This document shows positions 27,480-35,109 of a stretch of 60,168 nt of DNA, in pieces. This stretch comes from a virus. Lineage: Duplodnaviria; Caudoviricetes. Below the pieces are notes generated by a model that did not search any database, had not been told where the DNA came from, and was given only the letters and a program-made list of their open reading frames with translations. Numbering within the stretch: the first letter of the stretch is position 1; every line of letters begins with the position of its first letter. The translations under genes were made by a program, and so were the position numbers. Location: the IMG/VR virus record IMGVR_UViG_3300031753_000007, positions 1 to 60,168 of that record; one strand, written 5' to 3'.

Positions 27480-29225
27480 ATGGGCAGCGGTCTAGCCAAC
27501 GTGCTCGGTGGGGCAGCAGAGGGCTTCGAGCAAGCCCGCCAACAGGACCTCACGCGCCAGTTCGCCGATGAACAGAACCGCCGCAACCTCGCCGCCGACT
27601 TCCTGGGCAAGATCGCCTTCGACGAGAATGCGCCGCCCGAGATGCGCAACGCCGCCCTCCAGAGCCACCTCCAGCTAGCCCAGCAGGACTGGAAGCGGCC
27701 GATGGACCTGAAGAAGATCTTCGATCCGGTCTTCCAGGCGCATACGCAGGCACAAGCGGCTAAGACAGCGGCGGCACAGGCTCCCGCGCCTCCGGTCACG
27801 CAGACGTTCACTCCACCACCTCCGCTACCTACGCCCCCATCCCCGCCCTCCGCAGCTGCCGGCGCTCCTTCCGGCCAGATGGGCCCACCGTCTGTCCAGC
27901 AGGCGGCAGCTGCCCTTCCTTTGCGGCGTCCTCCAGCGCCTCCACAGGCTGGACAGGTACAGTTCACGCCTCCACCTGGGCCTACGCCTCCTCCTGTGCC
28001 ACCAGAGAGCATGCTGGGATCGCCGGAGCGCACGACGCAGATTGCGGCGGCACGCACCGCAGCGTTGACTGGGGCCGCGGCCGGCGCAGAGATGAAGACG
28101 CCCATCTACACGCGCAACCCTGATGGGACCTTCACCGTGGTGGGCATGAGCGGGGCTGGGGCTCAGATGCAGGGTGGCATCCCCAACGCCATCTCTCCCT
28201 ACATGATGCAGGGACGCGGGTTGAGGCAGATCACCTATCTCGACCCGACGACGGGGCAGCCTCAGCCAGGCGTCCACAACCTGTTCACAGGCGAAGTGCT
28301 CGACCAGCAGGGCCACGTGGTGCCAGGCGCGGTACCCTTTGAGTCGTCACTCTTGCCCTCCGTGTCAGGCGAGAGCATGGCGCCATCAGGAGCGATCACG
28401 CGCACGCGAACGCCTATACTGCGGCCACCGGGAGGTGCTCCAACTCCAGCAGGGGGCGGAGGACGTGCTCCCACAGCCCCAGCGGCACCGGGCGGTACTG
28501 GCGGTGCAGCCAAAGGAGCTGCTACGAAGCTCCCAGTCACGACCGCTGACTTCCAGTCGATCAAGGACCCCGTCACGCGCGAGGCCCTCGATTGGGCCAC
28601 CCTCGGCCAGAAGCCCACAGGCGGCATCATGGCAGAGCGCCAGGTCGAGACGCGCATGAATCAGCTAGGGCTCGCGAAGGCCCTGCCGGTGCCTCCTGCG
28701 CTCCAACGCACTATCCAGGAGCAGTTCGTCGCCCGCAACTCCGCCATCGGCCTGATCGATGACATCATGGCCAACAAGAGCACCTTCAGCAGCTTGCTCG
28801 GCGGCGGCAAGATCGCCATCGCCTCACGTCCAGATGGCAGCGGCTTCGTGCAGCGCCTCATGCCCCTGAGCGACCAAGAGGCCCGTGTCGTCGGTGACTT
28901 TGAGCAGCTGGTCGAGCATGCGAACCTCTTGCGTGGGCCACTGGGGGCGACAGGTTTTCGCGGGGCACAGGCGTGGGGTGCGTTGCAGGCTCAGCGTGGC
29001 AATCCAGCAGGTGACCCACGTATCACGACGCAGGTGATGAGTGGCATGCGCGACAGGCTGGTGGGACTGAACTCTGCCGATAAGCTAGTGCTCACGGGAG
29101 GTGGGATGAGCGGCGCTGCAGCCGATCCGTACGAGGGCCACACCGCCACCAATCCTGCTAATAAGCACCAGATCAAGTGGACGCAGGGGCACTGGGTGGA
29201 CGCTAAGACGGGAGAGCCGATCTAA
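27480..29225 (+). CDS. Putative ejection protein 2
   Basis: GLANVLGGAAEGFEQARQQ start, Pro-rich linkers, C-terminal ATNPAN..W motif. Confidence 0.65.
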   Translation: MGSGLANVLGGAAEGFEQARQQDLTRQFADEQNRRNLAADFLGKIAFDENAPPEMRNAALQSHLQLAQQDWKRPMDLKKIFDPVFQAHTQAQAAKTAAAQAPAPPVTQTFTPPPPLPTPPSPPSAAAGAPSGQMGPPSVQQAAAALPLRRPPAPPQAGQVQFTPPPGPTPPPVPPESMLGSPERTTQIAAARTAALTGAAAGAEMKTPIYTRNPDGTFTVVGMSGAGAQMQGGIPNAISPYMMQGRGLRQITYLDPTTGQPQPGVHNLFTGEVLDQQGHVVPGAVPFESSLLPSVSGESMAPSGAITRTRTPILRPPGGAPTPAGGGGRAPTAPAAPGGTGGAAKGAATKLPVTTADFQSIKDPVTREALDWATLGQKPTGGIMAERQVETRMNQLGLAKALPVPPALQRTIQEQFVARNSAIGLIDDIMANKSTFSSLLGGGKIAIASRPDGSGFVQRLMPLSDQEARVVGDFEQLVEHANLLRGPLGATGFRGAQAWGALQAQRGNPAGDPRITTQVMSGMRDRLVGLNSADKLVLTGGGMSGAAADPYEGHTATNPANKHQIKWTQGHWVDAKTGEPI

Positions 29226-31021
29226 TGGCGGCACCTCCACAGCTTCCGAGCGGATACCAGCTTGACCCCCCAGCTGGCGCACCTAAGCCTCCTGCTGGCT
29301 ATCAGTTTGATGGCACGCAGCCGAATGGCGACACCTACCAAGGCGGCTTCCTGCACCACTTGGGCTCGTCACTGTGGAATGCGGGTGTGGGCCTCGTCAA
29401 TGCGGTCACCAATCCTGCAGGTGGACTCGCTGGGTCACTCGTGCAGAGTGTCTACAACCAGACTGGCGGATGGGGACGGCCGAGCCAAGCGGCTCAAGAA
29501 TGGCAACAGCGCACAGCGGAGGGGCGTTCCCTGCCGTACAGGATCATGGCTCCGCTAGCTGAGACCGTGACGCCATTGAATGTGCAGGCGCAGGAGGAAG
29601 CGGCGCGTCGTGGAGATGTAGGTGGTGTAGCTGGCGAGGCTGTCGGAGCTGGCACGATCGCGGCCGCTCCACTTGCGGTGGAGGGTGCAGCTCGCGCTGC
29701 AAATCGTGTCATCCCCTCGACCACGCGCGCAGGCGCAGGTCTCCAAGCGCTTGAGACCCGCTACGCCGACCATCCTGTCGAGCCCAACCAGTTCGCCGCT
29801 GCGACCGCCAAGATCCAGCAGGAACTCGATACCGTGGGTGCCAAGGTGCCCGACCGCATCCAGCACGTGATGGACCGCGTGCAACAGGCCGACGCTGAGG
29901 CGCGCGCAGGCGTCCAAGGTGGCCAGGGCCCGCTCACCTTCAAGGAAGCCCGCACCATCCTCAAGCAGTTCAACGATCAGATCGACTTCCGCAATCCGAA
30001 CCCGACCGACCGCCTCTACCAGCGGGCGGCAGGGGCGCTCGACCAGGACATCACGACCAGCGTGGCGCAGCCCTCGCAGGTGGCGCCTAAAGGCTTCCTG
30101 CCAGACTACCTGCGCATGGCGAATGAGTACCGGCGTGGGAAGCAGATCATCCGGGCCGGAGAGGCTGCGGGGCCGTTCATCGGTGGCGGCGTGGGAGCTT
30201 ACTTGGGGCGTGGCGCAGGTGGAGCTGTGGCGGCGGAAGCCGCTGGAGGTGGAGCGCTTCTCGGTCGTGTCGTAGGGAAGCCTACAGTCGGGGCTATGAC
30301 GCGTGCTCTGATCGAGCGCCAGGGTGGGGCACCTAACATCTCACTTCCGCCAGAAGCACCTGCACCACCTGTACCAGCTGCAGCTGCCCCAGCCGCGACA
30401 CCACCGCCAGCGCCCCCTGCGGAGGTCTCAGGCGCACCTGGAGGCGTCGAGCGCCGCACCGACATCGCTGCTCGCCAGCACTTTGCTCAGCTCTCACCCC
30501 AGGAGCAATATGAGGCTGCCTTTACTAACCACGTGACTGGGTTGCCCAACGCTCGCGCCTTCGACTGGATACGCCAACGGGAACCAGCAGCGCCTTCGTA
30601 TGGCTTCTCCGACGTCGCTGGCCTGAAGTGGCTGAACGACACGCACGGAATGGAGGCGGGGAATGCGCTACTCCAAGCCAAAGCACGTGCTCTCCAAGAA
30701 GCGGGCATTTCCTCTTTTCATACGGGTGGGGATGAGTTTACCCATGTATCGCCGGATCCGGTTAATCTTAACAATCGGCTGGCGGCTGCGAACCAGAACC
30801 TCCGCAACGCCGTGATCGAGTTCAGGGACGCGAAGACTGGGCAGCTCCAGCACTACACTGGCGCTGAGTTCCGCTACGGTGTCGGGTCCTCACCCGAGCA
30901 AGCACAGGCTGGCATGATGGCGCGCAAGGCGGCAGGGAAGGCGACGCGTGGTACGCAGGGCATGCTACGGCGCGTTCCGCCACCTGCGCCACCGCCCGGT
31001 CCTGTCGAGGCGACGCCATGA
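29225..31021 (+). CDS. Putative ejection protein 3 with C-terminal GGDEF domain
   Basis: LPSGYQLD/PPAGYQFD N-terminal repeats; VTGLPNARAF, SDVAGLKWLNDTHG, HTGGDEF (30725-30739). Confidence 0.85.
   Translation: MAAPPQLPSGYQLDPPAGAPKPPAGYQFDGTQPNGDTYQGGFLHHLGSSLWNAGVGLVNAVTNPAGGLAGSLVQSVYNQTGGWGRPSQAAQEWQQRTAEGRSLPYRIMAPLAETVTPLNVQAQEEAARRGDVGGVAGEAVGAGTIAAAPLAVEGAARAANRVIPSTTRAGAGLQALETRYADHPVEPNQFAAATAKIQQELDTVGAKVPDRIQHVMDRVQQADAEARAGVQGGQGPLTFKEARTILKQFNDQIDFRNPNPTDRLYQRAAGALDQDITTSVAQPSQVAPKGFLPDYLRMANEYRRGKQIIRAGEAAGPFIGGGVGAYLGRGAGGAVAAEAAGGGALLGRVVGKPTVGAMTRALIERQGGAPNISLPPEAPAPPVPAAAAPAATPPPAPPAEVSGAPGGVERRTDIAARQHFAQLSPQEQYEAAFTNHVTGLPNARAFDWIRQREPAAPSYGFSDVAGLKWLNDTHGMEAGNALLQAKARALQEAGISSFHTGGDEFTHVSPDPVNLNNRLAAANQNLRNAVIEFRDAKTGQLQHYTGAEFRYGVGSSPEQAQAGMMARKAAGKATRGTQGMLRRVPPPAPPPGPVEATP
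30663..30815 (+). CDS. Candidate overprinted basic peptide (+1 frame) inside the GGDEF domain
   Basis: GGAGG-6 nt-ATG; local drop in GC3 of the host frame. Confidence 0.35.
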   Translation: MRYSKPKHVLSKKRAFPLFIRVGMSLPMYRRIRLILTIGWRLRTRTSATP

Positions 31022-31290
31022 TCAAGCACATCAGCGACCTCAAGGATAAGCCACGGCGTGCTGGAACGTGGCGCGTGCTCTCGCATGAGGAGGCGGCTCG
31101 CGTGCGTGCCCAGGACACAGCCGAGCGCAATGCCCATCGCTTGCCACCGGAGGCCTACACCAAGTTCCTCCTGCAGGCGAAGCACGGTGAGATTGCACCA
31201 GGCGAGGCAGACCGCCGCGTCGCCAAGTACGGTGGCAGTACTAAAGTGCAGCCCATCAGGCCATTCCCACGACCCCCGCGGGGCACCTAA
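31018..31290 (+). CDS. Hypothetical basic protein
   Basis: ATGA overlap with the GGDEF gene. Confidence 0.7.
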   Translation: MIKHISDLKDKPRRAGTWRVLSHEEAARVRAQDTAERNAHRLPPEAYTKFLLQAKHGEIAPGEADRRVAKYGGSTKVQPIRPFPRPPRGT

Positions 31291-31291
31291 G

Positions 31292-31546
31292 ATGGGCACG
31301 ACGCCCCTCGCCACAGAGCGCCGCTGGCATGGCACACGCTGTGCTCAGGTGGTCGACCTGCTGCTCCAGGGCCTCTCGAACAAGGAGATCGCGGGCGACA
31401 TGGGCATCGCTGAGCGCACGGTCAAGGCCTACGTGCACCGCCTGATCAACGAGTACAACGTGACGGGCGGTGTCAAACGCGTGAAGCTGGCTGTTCTGCT
31501 CTACCGTGAGCAGCTGGCCAGTGAAGCGAACAAGGAGACTGAATGA
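31292..31546 (+). CDS. Stand-alone LuxR/GerE-type HTH regulator
   Basis: LLLQGLSNKEIAGDMGIAERTVKAYVHRL. Confidence 0.9.
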   Translation: MGTTPLATERRWHGTRCAQVVDLLLQGLSNKEIAGDMGIAERTVKAYVHRLINEYNVTGGVKRVKLAVLLYREQLASEANKETE

Positions 31547-31770
31547 ACACGATCCTCAACTCGATCCACACGCATCCGACGTATTGGGCCCTTGGAGCCT
31601 ACTACCTGTTCTCGAACGCAGTCAGCGCCCTACCAACGCCTGCACAGGGGAACAATGGCGCCTACCGTTGGCTATTCGACTTCTCCCATGGCCTCGCGGG
31701 CAACATCAGCCGCATCGTAGCCACGCGTTATCCACAAGCCGCCACAGGCTCTGTGGCCACTAAGCCGTAG
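31543..31770 (+). CDS. Holin-like small membrane protein
   Basis: AVSALPTP..YRWLFDFSHGLAGN; lysis-cassette position. Confidence 0.55.
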   Translation: MNTILNSIHTHPTYWALGAYYLFSNAVSALPTPAQGNNGAYRWLFDFSHGLAGNISRIVATRYPQAATGSVATKP

Positions 31771-31777
31771 ATACGCG

Positions 31778-32041
31778 ATGCGCTCCCTCTCCATGGCGCA
31801 GTGGAAGATGGGATGGGGATTCCTGCTTCTAGCTGGCATCTTGGGCCTTTGCGCCAGGATCGCTTTGGGCCACGTAGAGCAGCAGACCTCCTACGGTCTG
31901 ACAGAGATCATTGGCATTCTGGCAGTGCTCGCGGGGCAATGGGCCAACTGGGCCTTTGGGGAAAGCCGTAGCTCCTCGAAGACTGAGCCCACCGCGTCAT
32001 TAGAATCAAGCAGTTCCGCAAGTCGTAACGAGCCGCAATAG
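31778..32041 (+). CDS. Two-TM holin-like protein
   Basis: Two hydrophobic helices, WAFGES. Confidence 0.55.
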   Translation: MRSLSMAQWKMGWGFLLLAGILGLCARIALGHVEQQTSYGLTEIIGILAVLAGQWANWAFGESRSSSKTEPTASLESSSSASRNEPQ

Positions 32042-32082
32042 GCCGTTACGCCTTCGGAACACTGTGCTAGTAACCTAAAGAT

Positions 32083-32604
32083 GTGGCCCCTAAGGACGCG
32101 AGGTTCTCAGATTGGTTCGAGTGGATCCTGAGCATCGTGGACATGACGCCTGAGAACCGACGCTTCATCGACACTTGCTCGGTAGCGGCGCGCATGGTGG
32201 CGCACCCCTATCCGGATGCAGTCGCCTGCGAGGCTGCGCTAGAGTCGAACTATGGGCATTCGCATGCAATGCTCGTGGGCAACAATCCGCTGAGCCTCAA
32301 GACCTTCGAGCATCCCACCTACGGCCAAGTGTCGTTGCCCGCCAAGGAGTTCCTGCACCCAGATTGGATCCCAAACGATGGCTTTCTCATCCACTATCCG
32401 TCGCTAGCGGATTGCTTCGCCGATCGCCTGGCGACGCTCGTCCGCCTCAAGCAGATTTACCCCACTTACAAGGAAGCGTTGGAGGCCGACACTGTCGATG
32501 GCTACATCACAGCGGTCTCTAAGACGTGGCTGCACGACTTAGACAGGAGCCTCAAGGTGATGATCATCTATCGTAGGTACATCACCGATCACTTCAACAC
32601 GTAG
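32083..32604 (+). CDS. GH73/FlgJ-like glucosaminidase
   Basis: ACEAALESNYG, NNPLSLK, YPSLADCFAD; true start may be ATG 32143. Confidence 0.75.
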   Translation: MAPKDARFSDWFEWILSIVDMTPENRRFIDTCSVAARMVAHPYPDAVACEAALESNYGHSHAMLVGNNPLSLKTFEHPTYGQVSLPAKEFLHPDWIPNDGFLIHYPSLADCFADRLATLVRLKQIYPTYKEALEADTVDGYITAVSKTWLHDLDRSLKVMIIYRRYITDHFNT

Positions 32605-32614
32605 GAGGCACGCG

Positions 32615-33118
32615 ATGGGCCTTGACAGCTTTTCCGAAAGTCGCCTGAGCGAAGTGCACCCGATGCTGGCAGAGAAGATACGGGCGATGGCGGATGCGCT
32701 CGAAGCCCAGGGCGTCTCGATCCGTGTGACCCAAGGCCTACGTACGTGGGACGAGCAGGCAGCGCTCTACGCCAAGGGCCGCACTGCTCCGGGGCCTAAG
32801 GTCACCAATGCTTCAGCTGGGACGAGCTGGCACAACTACGGGCTTGCTGTGGATGTCGTGCCCATGACGCCGCTAGGGCCAGACTGGAACACGTCGCATC
32901 CGGTGTGGCAGGCGATCATTACAACGGGCGAGGCACAAGGGCTCGTGGCCGGCGCGAAGTGGCGCAGCTTCCCTGACTACCCACATTTCCAGCTCACGGG
33001 GACACTACCCGTCTCACCTGATGAAGGCGTACGTGAGGCTTATGAGCAAGGTGGGGTTACGGGTGTGTGGACGGCTGCGGGGCTCGCATTGCCTAGCGAT
33101 GGCACGGTCTCTGCCTAA
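32615..33118 (+). CDS. M15-family (L-Ala-D-Glu) peptidase endolysin
   Basis: RTWDEQAALYAKGRT, SWHNYGLAVD, DYPHFQ. Confidence 0.93.
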   Translation: MGLDSFSESRLSEVHPMLAEKIRAMADALEAQGVSIRVTQGLRTWDEQAALYAKGRTAPGPKVTNASAGTSWHNYGLAVDVVPMTPLGPDWNTSHPVWQAIITTGEAQGLVAGAKWRSFPDYPHFQLTGTLPVSPDEGVREAYEQGGVTGVWTAAGLALPSDGTVSA

Positions 33119-33477
33119 GGCGCAGGGGGCGCCACATGCGACATCTCTGTCGTAGTGAAGCGCAGGATGAACCCTAGCGAATGCGTGAAGCGATCGGCGC
33201 TGAAGCCAATCCATGGTGCGACGGCGTAGCTGACAGGCGGGATCAGGTGGCCCGCAGCCTCACCCAGGAAGTGGGGCCCCACAATCCAGACCGTCCAGCA
33301 CAGCCCATCGACGAACAAGCGCCACCCCAGCTCTCGATTGTTGTACGCCCACCACACCCAGAAGCTTGAGATCGAGTTCGAGGTCGCTGCGATCGAGCCG
33401 CGCGCCTGGACGAGGATCTGCAGCACCACACCCAAGTGGAACAGGAGCCACACGTACAGGGCTTGCTCGGAGTTCAC
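33115..33477 (-). CDS. Multi-pass membrane protein
   Basis: About three hydrophobic segments. Confidence 0.65.
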   Translation of the reverse strand: MNSEQALYVWLLFHLGVVLQILVQARGSIAATSNSISSFWVWWAYNNRELGWRLFVDGLCWTVWIVGPHFLGEAAGHLIPPVSYAVAPWIGFSADRFTHSLGFILRFTTTEMSHVAPPAP

Positions 33478-33551
33478 ATCCCCCAGCCTAGTGGGCTCAG
33501 GTGAATGACCGCTAGATTACTGATGAGCCATGAGCGCATACTCGACCTGCG

Positions 33552-33755
33552 ATGCTCACTCCGCAAGAGGCCCACGACCTGCAGGACCTGCTCCAGCTGC
33601 TCATCTACTACGTTGACCTGTATGACCTTGGCGACCTGGGCCACATGACCGGCGAGAGGCGCAAGGAGCTGGCCATGTCCGCTATCCGTCAGCTTTCGGC
33701 CAAGATCGTGTCGCTCACGCCACCTTCCATCACGCCTTGGCAGAGCACGCGATAA
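33552..33755 (+). CDS. Hypothetical helical protein
   Basis: GC3-rich codons. Confidence 0.55.
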   Translation: MLTPQEAHDLQDLLQLLIYYVDLYDLGDLGHMTGERRKELAMSAIRQLSAKIVSLTPPSITPWQSTR

Positions 33756-33848
33756 CCTCCCCTTGAGGCGTCCCTACAGCATCAACCCTGTTCACTTCTG
33801 CTCAGACTTGCGATATGACGTGGGATAGCTTGGGGCAGGAGGCGACAG

Positions 33849-34016
33849 ATGCTATGTGAATTTGCCTATGAGATGCCCAGCCTAGAGGAGTGGGCAGAGC
33901 GGCGGGACAACGCTGAAAAGGAGAGGCCTCGCCAAGATGGGATGCCAGCAAAAGTGGGCACCCAACCCGATGGAGAGGCCCCAACTCACGTGCCTAGTGT
34001 GCCCAGGCGTGCGTGA
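33849..34016 (+). CDS. Hypothetical 55-aa protein
   Basis: AGGAGG SD; MLCEFAYEMPSLEEWAERRD. Confidence 0.45.
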   Translation: MLCEFAYEMPSLEEWAERRDNAEKERPRQDGMPAKVGTQPDGEAPTHVPSVPRRA

Positions 34017-34025
34017 ACTCTTACG

Positions 34026-34211
34026 CTACCACTGCGGCTTGACGCGCAGGGACTCGAGCTGTGTGTATGTGACATCGGTGCCCTGGACCTTCTGCAAGGC
34101 GGCGATCGCAGCCTCTATGCCGGCGATGACTTCGGTGGCTACCTCGCTCACCTTCGCTTGTTCGAGGACTGTACCCAACAGACTCAGTACGAGCGCTATG
34201 ACGTTGATCAT
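34026..34211 (-). CDS. Small protein with hydrophobic N-terminus
   Basis: ATGA overlap. Confidence 0.65.
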   Translation of the reverse strand: MINVIALVLSLLGTVLEQAKVSEVATEVIAGIEAAIAALQKVQGTDVTYTQLESLRVKPQW

Positions 34212-34579
34212 GGCTTAATCACCCCCTTCATGTCTGTGATCGCCTGATTCGCGTTGGCGATCGCACTGGTCAGCGCAGCCTGCGCACTCTTCACGGGCGA
34301 GCACTTGGCGTTCGCATCCGGGGGCTGCAGCGAGATCGCCCAAGAGCAGTAAGTCTCGACGCTCGTGATGAGCAGGGCCTGTGCGCTGATGCCGCGGTTG
34401 ATCGTCTGGCAGATGGTCTGCGTGGGGTTGGGAACGCAGGACGGCGCGTACTGGCTCTGGGCGGTGACCAGCAGCCCACTGAGGGCCGCGGCCGTGTCAC
34501 GGGCCTGCTTCTCGATAGGTGAGCAGGCCGTGAGCACGAGCAGCGATGCCACGATGAAGCTGATGAGCGTGATGCGCAT
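34208..34579 (-). CDS. Lipoprotein (possible spanin)
   Basis: AGGAGG SD; lipobox LTAC. Confidence 0.7.
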   Translation of the reverse strand: MRITLISFIVASLLVLTACSPIEKQARDTAAALSGLLVTAQSQYAPSCVPNPTQTICQTINRGISAQALLITSVETYCSWAISLQPPDANAKCSPVKSAQAALTSAIANANQAITDMKGVIKP

Positions 34580-34586
34580 GTGCCTC

Positions 34587-35108
34587 CTAGACTGGTGGAT
34601 TGGTGACGATCTGGAGCGAGGTGAGCACGGAGGTGGCTTGGACGTCGAACTTCAGGGATGCGCTTAAGCCGGCGACGCTTACGCTGAGCACTTCGGTGCC
34701 TGCGGCCACGCCGGTCACATCCTCGCTGCCTAGCGTCGGGTCAGGAGCGATGGTTGCAAGCGTCGGGTCCGCCACGCTCCACGAGGGTGGGTTGGCAGTG
34801 AAGTCGATGGGGAACGGCTGACCGTGCTGGTCGAGGCCTTGGACGCTCGCGATGGTGGTCTTGCCGATCTCAAGGGGCATGAGGATGTCCTCCTGGATGA
34901 TGATGTCGATGTGGTCGAGCCGCGGGGCCACAATACCATAGATAGCCCGCACGTTGGCAAGGACTTCCTCGACTATGACCGAGAGCGTATGACAGCGCAG
35001 GGCAAGCTGGCCAAGCGCGTGCTCGCAGTCGGCGTCGAGCTGGCTGAGCTTGGCATCGATGGTGTGGGACAAGGCGAGGAGTTGCTCGTGGAGGGCTTCA
35101 TTCTGCAT
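34587..35108 (-). CDS. Coiled-coil plus Ig-like domain protein
   Basis: DQHGQPF..PSWSVADPTLATI..VTGVAAGTEVLSVS. Confidence 0.6.
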   Translation of the reverse strand: MQNEALHEQLLALSHTIDAKLSQLDADCEHALGQLALRCHTLSVIVEEVLANVRAIYGIVAPRLDHIDIIIQEDILMPLEIGKTTIASVQGLDQHGQPFPIDFTANPPSWSVADPTLATIAPDPTLGSEDVTGVAAGTEVLSVSVAGLSASLKFDVQATSVLTSLQIVTNPPV

Positions 35109-35109
35109 A

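Noticed and set aside
31728-31736. DnaA box TTATCCACA
   Set aside because: Single copy inside a coding region; likely chance.
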